Shown: in pieces, positions 51,986 through 64,000 of the stretch | How positions within the stretch are numbered: the stretch's first letter is position 1 | How the letters are laid out: each line of letters starts with the position of its first letter | DNA from: Octopus sinensis | Lineage: Eukaryota | Direction: 5' to 3' | Assembly: GCF_006345805.1 (NCBI RefSeq) | Contig: NC_043000.1 | Location: 78,926,001-78,990,000, forward strand | Length of the DNA: 64,000 bases | The notes under the pieces: model-generated | The model's database searches: none | What the model was told of the DNA's origin: nothing | The model's input: only the letters and a program-made list of their open reading frames with translations | Made by a program: the position numbers and the translations under genes

Positions 51986-53064
51986 ATGGGTTGTGCGACA
52001 CAGAAAGTGTGGTGTGTAAGTGAAGTGCTTTTGTTAGTGTGTGTAAAGAGACAGACAGAGTGAAAGACAGAAATAACTGAACTTTTTTTATTCACTTTTT
52101 GTAGTGAGTGACTGAGAGAGAAAAGAGAGAGAGAGGTTATGTATGTATATATGTATGTATGGCTTCAGTGACACACGCACACAAAAACACATACCTACGT
52201 ACACCTAAAGCACGCACACACACACACAAGCGGAGCGCGAACTTCAAAATTTTGGTAGTATTAATTTGCGAGCGTACTTCTAAGCGCGCGTAATTGAAAG
52301 TTTTCACTATGATATCATCACGTGCGAAAAAATTCGAAGGGTTTTGAACAATTGAGATACACATGTCACGCCTGTATTGAAACCATTGCTAAGCTGCCGT
52401 AATTGCTTAATTAAGACTTTGTTTAAATTGAAAGGGGCAAATATGTGACGAGGTTGAAAAAAAATACCCCAGAAAAAAAATGTACTGCTGGTATTTATAT
52501 AATTCACTACTATTTTGCTACAATGTCATGAAAAAGAAAAAATTTAGGTATGTAAATCGAATTCGCCACCCCCTTTTCCCCGTTCGCGTTTGTGTAAAAA
52601 AAATTATTATTTAAGTTTTAAAAATTATTTACTTTGTTCAAAAAATATTAATATTAATTAATTTTCAAGAATTATTTAATTTTATTCTGTAAAATAGTAA
52701 TTAATTCATTTATCTGTAAATCCGCGAGGTTGTTACTCAGGCACCTAGAATGGTAACCTTCAACTAACACTATCTCCTCCGAGACCCTGCGGCGCAAGTT
52801 GACCAAAATTGAGAGTATGGTAGAAGAAGGGTTGCTCTTCCTTCCGTAGAACATAAAATTCAAATCGGACCATGTTAACACCAAAAATTATTTACATCAA
52901 AAAGATGCTTTTTTCTATGAAAATCCCTATTTTTTACGATTTTTTCACTGCTGTGTCGCCACTTTTCGGTGTATTTCGACCAGAAAAATGTTCACAAAAT
53001 TTTTACTTTTCAAAATTACAATTCCAGCGGGTCGAAACAAACCCGAGCAACGCAATACTGCTAG
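51410..53064 (+). mobile_element. Longer non-autonomous Helitron
   Basis: 5' a|TCtcttattataaaag and 3' cgggtcgaaacaaacccgagcaacgcaatactgCTAG|t, sharing its 3' end with 9829-10224. Confidence 0.6.
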
Positions 53065-53144
53065 TATATATATATATTTACATACCCACACCTATTTTGA
53101 ATATCTTTCTATATACCTTTATATACTCACATGTAAAGCCTTAT

Positions 53145-53244
53145 NNNNNNNNNNNNNNNNNNNNNNNNNNNNNNNNNNNNNNNNNNNNNNNNNNNNNNNN
53201 NNNNNNNNNNNNNNNNNNNNNNNNNNNNNNNNNNNNNNNNNNNN
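53145..53244. other. Assembly gap (100 N)
   Basis: Run of N. Confidence 1.
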
Positions 53245-53311
53245 CAGTAGTTAACTTTTTCCTGTGGTTTATGAGAAATAATTATCATTGATGTTTTTTT
53301 CCTTTACACAG

Positions 53312-55114
53312 ACGAATGTAACATATGGAAGAAAGTATGGAGGAAGATTCAAGATCGACTGCACACGTGTGTATGTGGTGAATATGGCAAAGCAGTCTGT
53401 ACAAATTTGCGTTGTGATTACGGCAGGAATCTACTTGTATCTATCAAGGTAGACGTTACAGAGTAGAAGGACATTCCGCATCCTGTAATACATGTGAATG
53501 CAAACACGGTGGTCAGGTACAATGTAGCAACAAAGACTGCACGAAACGATGTACTTACAACGGAAAGGTAAACCAAGAGGGTGAAGAATTCCAAGACAAA
53601 TGTAATAGATGTAAATGTCTTTCTTCTGGTTATATTCAGTGTACTAATAACGTGTGTCAGTGCCAGTATAATGGTAAGACTACGACGTTTGAGTGAGTTT
53701 CAATGATGGTTGTAAGACTTGCACCTGTCAAACTACCGGAACAGTGCAGTGTAACAGTGATAGATGTGGTTGTTATTACAAAAATTCGCAATATCAAGAG
53801 GGTCAAACTTTCATTGACGCTTGCAACACTTGCCGTTGTATAAACGGACAAGTAGATGTACAACAAGAGTCTGTCAATGTACTTACCAAGGACGGACCTA
53901 TAATATTGGCCAAAGATTTGGTGAATGTGATGAATGTAATGTTTTGTTTAGTGGTACAGTCCAGTGTTCTAACAAGCGATGGCAAATGCATTTATAACGG
54001 AAATACCTACCGAATTGGAGAAACATTTCCAAACGGCTGCAATACATGCACATGTAAAATCGATGGTAGTGTAGACTGCACTACAAATCCATGTACCTGT
54101 ACATACAAACACAGGGTTTATAATATGGGACAGAAATTCACTGATGATTGCAATAATTGTACATGTCAACATAACGGTCAAGTTGCGTGCACATATAGAA
54201 TGTGCAAATGTAGTAATAACAACCAGATTTATAATATAGGTCAAACATTTAGAAAGGGATGTAATACGTGCACATGCCAAGACAATGGCACCGTAGACTG
54301 CACTACAAATCCATGTACCTGTACTTACAATCATAGAGTTTATAATATCGGACAGGCATTCACTGATGACTGTAATACTTGTACATGTCAGCATAATGGA
54401 CAAGTAGACTGCACATATAAAACGTGTCGATGTACACGGAAAGGACAGTCTTATAAAATTGGTCAGACATTTCACGAAGATTGTAACCAATGCGAATGTT
54501 TATCAACTGGATATGTTCAATGTACAACCAAAGTTTGCAAATGTACTTACAACAACCAGCTTTATAATGTAGGTCAAACATTTAGACAAGGTTGTAATAC
54601 ATGTACGTGTGAAGTGAACGGTAGAGTAAGCTGTACTAATAACCCTTGTAATTGCTTATACATGGAACACATACGAATAGGGGATCATTTAGAAAGGATT
54701 GTAACACGTGCACATGCAAGCCGATGGTACTGTAGATGCATACTACAAATCTATGTACCTGCAATTACAACGGCAAGCATTACGACATTGGTTCTATATG
54801 GTATAATGATTGCAACAAATGTCAGTGCACTTCTGAGGGAAGGGTGGTTTGTGAACAGAAAACATGCACGAAACCCTGTATACACAAAGGAAAAACCTAT
54901 TCTGCTGCGCGAAACATTTAAAGATGACTGCAACACACCTGTACATGCGGACAGTTTGGTCAAGTATCCTGTACTAAAATTACTGTCCCCAACTACATGC
55001 ATATTATGGAAAACTATCCCAGATGGAAAAACATTTATGACTCAAGATAGATGCAATGTTTGTCGTTGTTCAAATGGAAATGTGAAGTGTACCAAATACG
55101 ATTGTTATAAAGAG
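53312..55114 (+). pseudogene. Copy C exon 2, frameshifted in this assembly (possibly an intact gene with consensus errors)
   Basis: Acceptor cag|AC at 53312 and donor GAG|gtgagt at 55114. It spans 1803 nt versus 1817 in B, with many single-base losses in short homopolymers. Confidence 0.7.
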
Positions 55115-55758
55115 GTGAGTAAAGTTTTCTATTAGTTTTGATCTCCCAATATAACGTGTCTCATCCTTATATAGTTAGTCATTGTAAACAGAGAAAACAA
55201 CAAAGAATGGAATAATGTTTAGCATAAACATTGCAATGCTCTCACTGTACTACACTCTACTACATTGTCGTACAAACAAAATTGTATCAGCGATTCGATT
55301 TCTGTCTTTCTTTGAAGTAGTTCAATCATTGACCCTACCATTATCTTGAAGGAAGCCAATGTTCTCTTCATTGTAAACACAAGATTTGTATATCTGCATA
55401 TATTCATTATCTATATGAAAATTATTAACTTTCAAGTTCAACTAACTTTATTGCTACTCTTGTGAAATCAACAGACTAGCTTTCGCATTGAATCATCATT
55501 GTAAGTAGCATTGCGATAAAGAATTGTAAATTTTACTATATATTATCTCACGTTTCAGAATATTGTTCGTGAGTTAAGCTTTTCTGCGCCTGGTGAAATA
55601 TTCATACTTTGTTGTAAAAGAATGTGATATATACATCTAATCTAATATACGCATTTTGAAATATAAATCCAACTTGATACTTAGTCTATGTTATTGTTTT
55701 TAATTTCTATGTCCAATCTAAAAAATATATTGATTTCTTGTAATTTTATTCTTTTCAG

Positions 55759-55773
55759 AGGCGACGTTACTGA
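55759..55773 (+). CDS. Copy C terminal micro-exon (RRRY-stop)
   Basis: cttttcag|AGGCGACGTTACTGA. Confidence 0.7.
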   Translation, partial: RRRY

Positions 55774-56260
55774 TGAAGAACAGTTAATTTATATTGATAT
55801 TTTTAAGAATTGTAAATATTACAAACATAACTTTTTAAATAAAACATATATATGCCGAACCTTTTTGTTTGATTTATAACTGTAAACTTCGTCAAGACCA
55901 TTTTAGATAATCGAGTTATCTATTTGAAGATCTGTGATGAAAAGCATTTCAGTACTTCAATAATTGAATGATTTGTTGTTAACTACTTTTGATTTATTGA
56001 CCCGGAAATGACGAATAATAGAGTTGGTCAAATTACTTCAGAATTACTCTTTTACTCTTTTACTCGTTTCAGTCATTTGACTGTAGCCATGCTGGAGCAC
56101 CGCCTTTAAGCCGAGCAAATCCACCCGAGGACTTATTCTTTGTAAGCCTAGTACTTATTCTATGTGTCATTTTTGCTGAACTGCTAAGTTACGGGGCCGT
56201 AAACACACCAGTATCGGTTGTCAAGCGATGTTGCGTGGACAAACACAGACACACAAACAT

Positions 56261-56306
<46 letters not shown>

Positions 56307-57439
56307 GCATATATATGACGGGCTTATTTCAGTTTCCGTATACCAAATCCACTCACATGGCTTTTATCTGCCCGAGGCTATAGTAGAAGACACTTGTCCA
56401 AGGTGCTACGCAGTGGGACTGAACCCGGAACTATGTGGTTGGTAAACCAGCTGCTTACCACACAGCCACTCCTTACATTGTCTATAGTTAGAAAAATTCA
56501 AGTCATGTGCTAGCGAATAAGAAATGACCCTCATGTCTGAGGGTTGTTGTCATATCTCATCATGGAATGCATCTTACATTCGACCACAGTTGCTATTTAT
56601 TCCTGTTAAGATTCTACATGTGTTTCGGGAGACTGCACAAACAAAGCTGCTTTTAGGTATATCAGTATGCAGAAGCATATTCTGATATAATGTATTGTGT
56701 TTAGTTAAACCACCTCTGGACTGCAAACATTTCCATGTCCTATTGCATGTCATGCAATGTATAATTATGAACATACAATAGTCGTCTTTTTTACGAATTT
56801 GTTGATGACTGATGAGCGCAGCATCGGAAAGTCATATGCGGCCACAAATAATATTTGTTGGGTCAAGACATGAGACAAGTAAATCCTGAGGGAAGCAGTT
56901 GCTTTCTGAAGTCTTTTCATATTTCCTTGTCTAGGAATCAATAAAAGCTGAGTATGCTGCCCAAGGAAACAAACTCGTCTACTATTTTCAGATCTGCTAC
57001 TTCAACTTATGCTTCCTTGCGTAGTTTGGAATATAACAAGTAAACTTGCTCAGACTAATGCCGAATATATATACGTTACAAAAAACAAAAAATCATTCAA
57101 GAATATACACACACATGCACGCACACACACACACATATACACAGATACATACACATGCACAGACACATACACAAACACCCAAAAACACACACGCACACAC
57201 AAATACACACACACACAGAGGAATATACTCACATCCACGCACACATGACTCCACACATACATACACATATGTGCATGCACATATTTTACAAGCTTCTTTT
57301 AGTTTGCCCCTACGAAATCCACTTACAAGCTTCACGGGTGGCCTGAAGTTATATTAGATGTCAGTCACAAAAGCAGCTGTGTAATGGGGCTTAGCCCAGA
57401 ACCACGTTGTTCGTATGTCAGAAAGACATACCAAACCTC

Positions 57440-57512
<73 letters not shown>

Positions 57513-57787
57513 CTATTTACTTATCTGCCTGTCCTTCTGTATGTCTGTCAGTCTATCTATATATATATGTATATATATATGTGTGTGTGTGTGTGAGTGA
57601 ATGCCTGTGTATGCGTGTGTGTGAATATGTGTGTTTGAATGTGTGTGTGTGAGTGTGTGTGTTTATATATTTATATATGGAATCAACATATGGGATCCAA
57701 TGATTCTAATTACAGAAAACACTTTGTCGCGCTCATGATTTCAGCTTATTCCCTGAAACATTTAACGTGGATAATAAATTTTTATAT

Positions 57788-57975
57788 ATTAACAGACGAT
57801 AAATATTCAAGTATAAATATATAGATATTTATATATTAAATGAAGGATGTGCATTCAAGTATAAATTTATAGATATTTATATATATACAGACGATCAATA
57901 TTCAAGTATAAAAATATAGATATCAACAGACGACGATTATACGAAGTACAAATATATTAATGTTTATATATTAAC
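57788..57975. repeat. Minisatellite (arm C)
   Basis: Homologous to 3646-3830. Confidence 0.8.
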
Positions 57976-58368
57976 AGAGCAAATTTACGCAGAACAATTC
58001 TACCTTGATATTTCCTAGCATCATGGTCTGAAATGACATATTTTTATCTCTCTATCTTAAAGACCCAGGTCGGATCTATCCAATGTTTATTTGTTTCCAT
58101 TACTGGTTTATATTCTGGTGAACTACATCAGCTAACATTATGAAATAATCCTATTCCGAATCTTTCTCCTTCCAAGTTAAATCTCTACCTAAAATTTTCT
58201 TTAAAATCCTAAAATCTAACTTCCCATCAAACCTTAAATATTACCTTATCTTCAATAAAACATCTATTAAAATCTCGTATTCGACCACGCCTAATTTAAG
58301 ATCCATAATTTATTTATCCACAAAATTGTATGTATGTATATGTGTGTGTGTATATATATATATATATC

Positions 58369-59136
58369 TGCTAGAATGGACAGGATACAAACAGGGGACA
58401 GTCATTAGTCAGAATATTGATGACGTCCTTTTCTGCTTGACTAGTCACCTAACAAGTACAGACAGGGGGCAGATCTAATGTAGCTATAAGTCGTGATTGG
58501 GCAGAATCTGGATGACGTCCCGTTCTGCTTGACTAACGAAGCGACTGGTCAAGACAGGAAACAGACAAGAGGCAGTTATAATACAGCGATTGGTCAAAAT
58601 GATGATGACGTCCCGTTCTACTTGACTAAAGCCACCTAACGAAACGATTGGTCAAAACGTTGATGACGTCACGCTACGCAGGACTGACCACCTAACAGGC
58701 ATTATAAAATCGAGCAATTCACAAGATTCACTAGAACCACCCAGCGAACACCCAACATGGGTCATCACAATTGCTTAAGGTAAAAATGAATTCCTCGCTC
58801 TTTCGGAAACATCAATCTTCTGTATTGACTGCTTTCCACCACTTTGATCTGTTTTTTGTATTGAATACGTATCGCCACCATGGGCCACTGCATCGAACAC
58901 TTTGAACATATAGCATGAATGAACTTACTTCAAACTATATATCAACTATACATGAACTCTAAGATGTCTGACTCCGTTGTGTATTATAAATGAATTTCTT
59001 GTGTTTGACGGCATGAGCTGTCTTTTTTTATATAACTTTTTTTGATAAGGTTCATTTCAGGAACTGAAACATGTTATAATGTATATATAAAATAAAAAAT
59101 TGTATAATATAGCAGCGTTTTCGAACTTCATTTTTT

Positions 59137-59139
<3 letters not shown>
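58369..59139 (+). mobile_element. Putative solo LTR (arm C only)
   Basis: TG...CA ends, four enhancer-like repeats (ATTGG/ATTAG plus GATGACGTC), TATAAAA at 58703 and AATAAA at 59091. No clean TSD. Confidence 0.55.
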
Positions 59140-59176
<37 letters not shown>

Positions 59177-59769
59177 ATATATATACATACACGTGATTAT
59201 ATAAATACATAAATATCTACCTACATACATACTTTATATATATGTATCTATGTACCTATCCTTTTGGAGGGATGAATGGTTTTTCGAACCTTTTATCTTG
59301 TACCAGCATCAAGTAACGAGAAGAGAGGTAACTCTGATTTAACAACGAATTATCTCCGAACTAAGTGAGGAGGTTTCAGTCATAGGAAACCAATCAAAAC
59401 ATTGTGAATTATGACGCTTTCGACAGCCCGGCTAAGATAAAATGTTGATTAGAAGCACCAAGCACTGATTGAGAATATGCAATACTTACTAGTTCAAATG
59501 AGATATGCCTGAGAGATATTTAAATGCGTTGATGTACATACTCGTTGTTGAGACAATAGTTTACACCATTTTCATTAGTCTTTTTGGAGTTCCTCTCTTC
59601 GCGATGTTTGATGCTGAGGAGAGAAGTTACTACGAAATGCATGTATACATAAATCCAGAAGAGGTTGCTTCGAACTCATATATATTCGAACTCATATAAA
59701 ACAAGTTTATACGTACACATATGCATACGTACATGCGTATATATATGCACATGCATATATATATGCACC

Positions 59770-59887
<118 letters not shown>

Positions 59888-59896
59888 CGTACGTAT

Positions 59897-59933
<37 letters not shown>

Positions 59934-60290
59934 CATAGATACACATATACATACATTTATGTATATATATGTGTGTATGTGTGTGTGTTGTGTCTGTGTG
60001 TATATATAAATATAAACAAAGGGTAACAATTTTTAAAAAATAAAATTTTTACAATTGGTCAGAATGCTTATTAAAAGTCAGAGGACATATATATTTCTAT
60101 ATAATAGAGTATAGAAATTTATACACGGAGAGAATACCACCATGTCGACTTCTAATATGCTGAAAAGGGCAGTCAAAAGCGAAACCACGAAAAGAAAGAT
60201 TCTTATTTAAGGTACGTTACGTGTAGTCGAGAAGGATATGTAAATGAATAAAAATCTCACTTATCCCTATACCTATGTGTTTCTGAATTA

Positions 60291-60681
60291 GGAATAGGAG
60301 CACTCCGTCGGTTACGACGATGAGGGTCCCAGCTGATACGATCAACGGAACAGGTTGCTCGTAGAATTAACGTGCAAGTGGCTGAGCATTCCACAGACAC
60401 GTGTATCCTTAACGTAGTTCTCGAGGAGATTCAGCGTGACACAGAGTGTGACAAGGCCGGCCCTTTGAAATACAGGTACAACAGAAACAGGAAGAAAGAG
60501 TGAGAGAAGGTTGTGGTGAAAGAGTACAGCAGGGTTCACCACCACCCCCTGCAGGAGCCTTGTGAAGCTTTAGGTGTTTTCGCTCAATAAACACTCACCA
60601 TGCCCGGTCTGGGAATCGAAACCGCGATCCTACGACCGCGAGTCCGCTGCCCTAACCACAAGGCCATTGCGCCTCCACTGT
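60291..60681 (-). mobile_element. tRNA-derived SINE with 11-bp TSD (arm C only)
   Basis: Minus-strand head gtggaggcgcaatggccttgtggttagggcagcggactcgcggtcgtagg...tttcgattccc. TSD tttctgaatta at 60280-60290 and 60682-60692. Empty site in A at ~10385. Confidence 0.88.
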
Positions 60682-60977
60682 TTCTGAATTAATGATCAAA
60701 CAAAACAATTAATTAGTCAATCAATTCATTTATTAACCATCCGTGGTTCATCGGTAGAGTCCCTGGGAAATGTATAATTATAAAACTATAATTAGGAAAC
60801 TCTTCACTTAGGCGTTCTAAATTATCTGCTGATGTTGATATCTTCAACGATAAAGCCATATTTCATAGCTCTTCGTTACTTAAAGCAGGCTATAAAGAAA
60901 AAAATTTCCGATATTAACACTACTGAAAAAAATTCTGTCGCTACTCATCAGGACATGAAAACACGTCATAACGGTAA

Positions 60978-61483
60978 ACTATATATATAAAACTCTAGTT
61001 GTGTGAGTGTCTGTCCCCTTCGATTTAGATTCCTAACTCCTCCCACATTTTGCGGTGCAGTTTAACCAAATTCGGGTATCTTATAGTCGTGATTCATATC
61101 GAGCCCGTCTGACTATTAGCGCGCGTCAACGATGAGTCTACGATTTTTAAAATAATTTAACATCATTTTTTATTCCATTTTAATGCATAAAATGCATCGT
61201 GTGTCGATGGCGGCGGAGTTGGCGTCCACGCTCACAGCTGCACCTGTTTGCTTCTCCCCCTTCCCTCCCTCGTGAAGCTGTGGGGAAGGGAGTGTAAAGA
61301 AATCAACGTCGTAATGCGTTGTGAAGGAGACCAGCGTTATTTTAGAACAACGACTTCATGGCTTGAAGACACCAAAACAAAAATGGCTAAGAAAGCCCGA
61401 ATTTATAAGGGAAGTAACTCTCTAAAAATGCTTATATAGTTATTTCCCTTACAAACCCGAGCAACGCCGGGCGATACTGCTGG
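60978..61483 (+). mobile_element. Non-autonomous Helitron, same family as 9829-10224, at a different site (arm C only)
   Basis: Inserted at acggtaa|taacatt. Same gttgtgtgagtgtctgtc start and cccgagcaacgccgggcgatactg end, with CTGG terminus. Confidence 0.85.
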
Positions 61484-64000
61484 TAACATTATAAATTTTA
61501 GTTCGAAAAACAACACTAAATCGATAAATGAAATTTTGCAGTGTAAGGGAGATAACTGTTCTTTATATCCCACTACACGTAATAAAAATAAGTCTATGAC
61601 TTCTCAAGATAATTACTCTAATAACAAGGTCTATCCTAGTAAAACTGTTTGGTTGATAATTCCATATGGTAATCAGATCAAATCCCACTGCTCTTACCAG
61701 TTTCGTGAACCTATAGATAACAATTTTCCAAAATATCCAAGCTACCATTCCATTATTAATTCAAACGAAGTCAGGATAGGGTTTTTAAACACAAAAAACC
61801 TTTCACAAATCATCTCTTCGCATAACAAAAGTTGTTAAACTCAAATCCTCTAAACGAAAATAATAACATTGATATTAATAACGATAATACTTTGAACAAT
61901 ACTTTGAACAATAATAACAGTAATATTAATATTTCTGATAGAAATTCGAATCGTATTCGTTTCTTTAGCAGTAATTCTAAGACTAGGATCTCTGTTTTTG
62001 AATGAAAAATTACTTCCAGTTCTGAAGTCTTATTTTTAAATATGTAGTCAATCGTCTCAGTTGTCGAAAAGAATAAATAACCATTAATCTACATTTAGAC
62101 ATATCAATAAACGCAACAATACTGAGTATAGGACTTTAATTTGGTCTCTAAAGGAATATAATGAACAATTCGATCTTGAATGAATTATTCTATCTAGATC
62201 CTTCCCATATGACAAAGTAAATCTTTCTGCCCGCTCTGTAACGAAGAACAGTTTCTAGTCATTTTTTCGGAGAATACACTTGTAAACACGTTTATCGTTG
62301 TAAACTTTGGCAAAACATACCTTTAGTTCCTATAAGTAAATTCTAAAGACCTATAAAATTCGAACTGTAACTGTCATCTTACATTTCATTTTTGCTACAT
62401 ATAACTATTTACAGCTACATATAACTATGTGGATGCGCGTGGCTAAGTGGTTAGGGTGTCAGCATCATGACTGTGATTTCGATTCCTGGCCTGGGAGACG
62501 CGTTGTGTTCTTGAGCAAAACACTTCATTTCAGGTTGCTCCAGTCCACTCAGCTGGCAAAAATGAGTAACACTGAGATGGACTGGCGTTCCGTCCAGCTG
62601 AGTCACACATACGCCATAGAAACCGGGAAACCGGGCCCAAGAGCTTGGCTAGGCTTTAAAAGGGCGCATTTATTTATTATTTTAAGTAAGGCAAAGCTAT
62701 AAAATATGGCTTTATCGTTATAGAATATGGCTTTATCGTTATAGAATATGGCTTTATCAACATTAGCAATCTTGAAAGTGTAAGTGAAATATTTCTTGTT
62801 ATAGCCCTTGAATGGTAACTGAAGGAGCTAACGTATTTTAACTTTGTTGATGGTTTATGATATGAGGAAGAAGAAAAATAACATAAGTTAAAGGTGATAT
62901 CTAAAATGTTGGCTTTAGTGATGTTATCATCGAAAATAATAATGAAGCCCATATTTCGGAAAATTTAACCAACCTGTTTTTAATCCTTTGTAATGTTTGT
63001 TCAGAAACATTATGAAAGGGGCTTAGCTATGTGTCCGCCATTATCACCGATAAAAACCAATATATACTTTGAGAATTTGGCTTTAGGATCAACACTACTA
63101 AAACCAACACTATGGCTTCGATATGTTGATGACACCTCTATACTCTGGCCCCACCAGGAAGATGTCCAAGTGCTGTTAGATCATGTTAACTGAATAAAGC
63201 CATCCATACAGTTGACAAAAGGAAAAAGACAATCATCTAGCATTTCTGGACGTATTAATAACACGCACCAAGTATGGATTCAGGACATCCGTATACCGCA
63301 AGTCGACCTTCACTGGACGATACCTCAACTTCAATCCCCACCATCAATACAGTGCATAGGGGGGGATTGCTCAGTGCCTAAAACATTGAGCAAAGAATAT
63401 ATGTAGCGATCGTGATGCACACCATGATGAAATGATCAAACTCATTAACAATCTATTAAGCACCAACTACCCACAAAACATACTATCCACCCCATTTATA
63501 AAGAACAGGGTGGATGAAACCAATAAACTGTCCATTGTCTGTCTACCCTATTTGAAAAGCCTCTCCGGAACGAAACAAAAAATACGCAGCCATATGACAT
63601 CAGGACTGTCTCCAAGAGCAATACAACACTTTGCAAATATCTCCTTCACGTAAAACCACCTATAGTAGAGAATATGACCAAAAACTGCGTGTACTCCACG
63701 CCATGCAGCTGTGGTAGGTTATACAAAGGCGAAACATGCTACCCCTCAAAATAAGGGGAGAGGAACATCGCAAAGCTGAGACATGAGGAGATATTGATCA
63801 ATCGATTATAGCTGATCATGTATGGAAAAATGGAGACTACCTCTCCCCTTGGGCTAATATTAAAATAATAGACAGAGAACACCACTGAAAAATACGAAAA
63901 CTAAAAGAAGTAGCACACATGCTAAGATACAACAACCTCCTAAGCAGACTGAGTGCCAATATGAATATGGAAGCAGGTATTAAGGAAGGATAGGAAAATA

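Noticed and set aside
59590-59655. ctgagga-gagaagttactac-gaaatgcatgta motif in arm C
   Set aside because: Stems I and II are mismatched; possibly a degenerate hammerhead but not supportable.

Overview
AT-rich, microsatellite-dense animal genomic DNA. The SINE, Penelope and Helitron landscape suggests a cephalopod (Octopus-like); this is an inference. The window holds three near-identical copies of one secreted cysteine-rich gene, and I could rebuild its model from splice signals. Exon 1 is a 52-nt signal-peptide exon (MLYKLLLVIVAISC[V/A]NS). Exon 2 is a single 1817-nt exon encoding 16 tandem six-cysteine VWC-subdomain/pacifastin-like repeats. Exon 3 is a micro-exon encoding RRRY-stop. Copy A (+; window start to 2225) is cut by the window edge. 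Copy B (-; 37224 to 31052) is complete, about 627 aa if no other exons exist. Copy C (+; exon 1 at 43118, exon 2 at 53312-55114, exon 3 at 55759) has an assembly gap in its intron and frameshifts that look like read errors. Each gene sits on a long duplicated arm. Arms A (1-17634) and B (24887-33600) form a tail-to-tail inverted repeat around a 7.25-kb spacer. B and C are head-to-head, with two more diverged promoter/exon-1 modules in the central segment. The rest is transposon debris: many Penelope-like elements (PLEs), R4/Dong-like LINE pieces, tRNA-derived SINEs, non-autonomous Helitrons/Helentrons, a decayed mariner and a solo-LTR-like insert. I found five type I hammerhead ribozyme motifs in PLE-derived sequence, one of them behind a tRNA-like Pol III promoter. 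Most short ORFs in the track are microsatellite or antisense shadows. All alignments and counts were done by eye.
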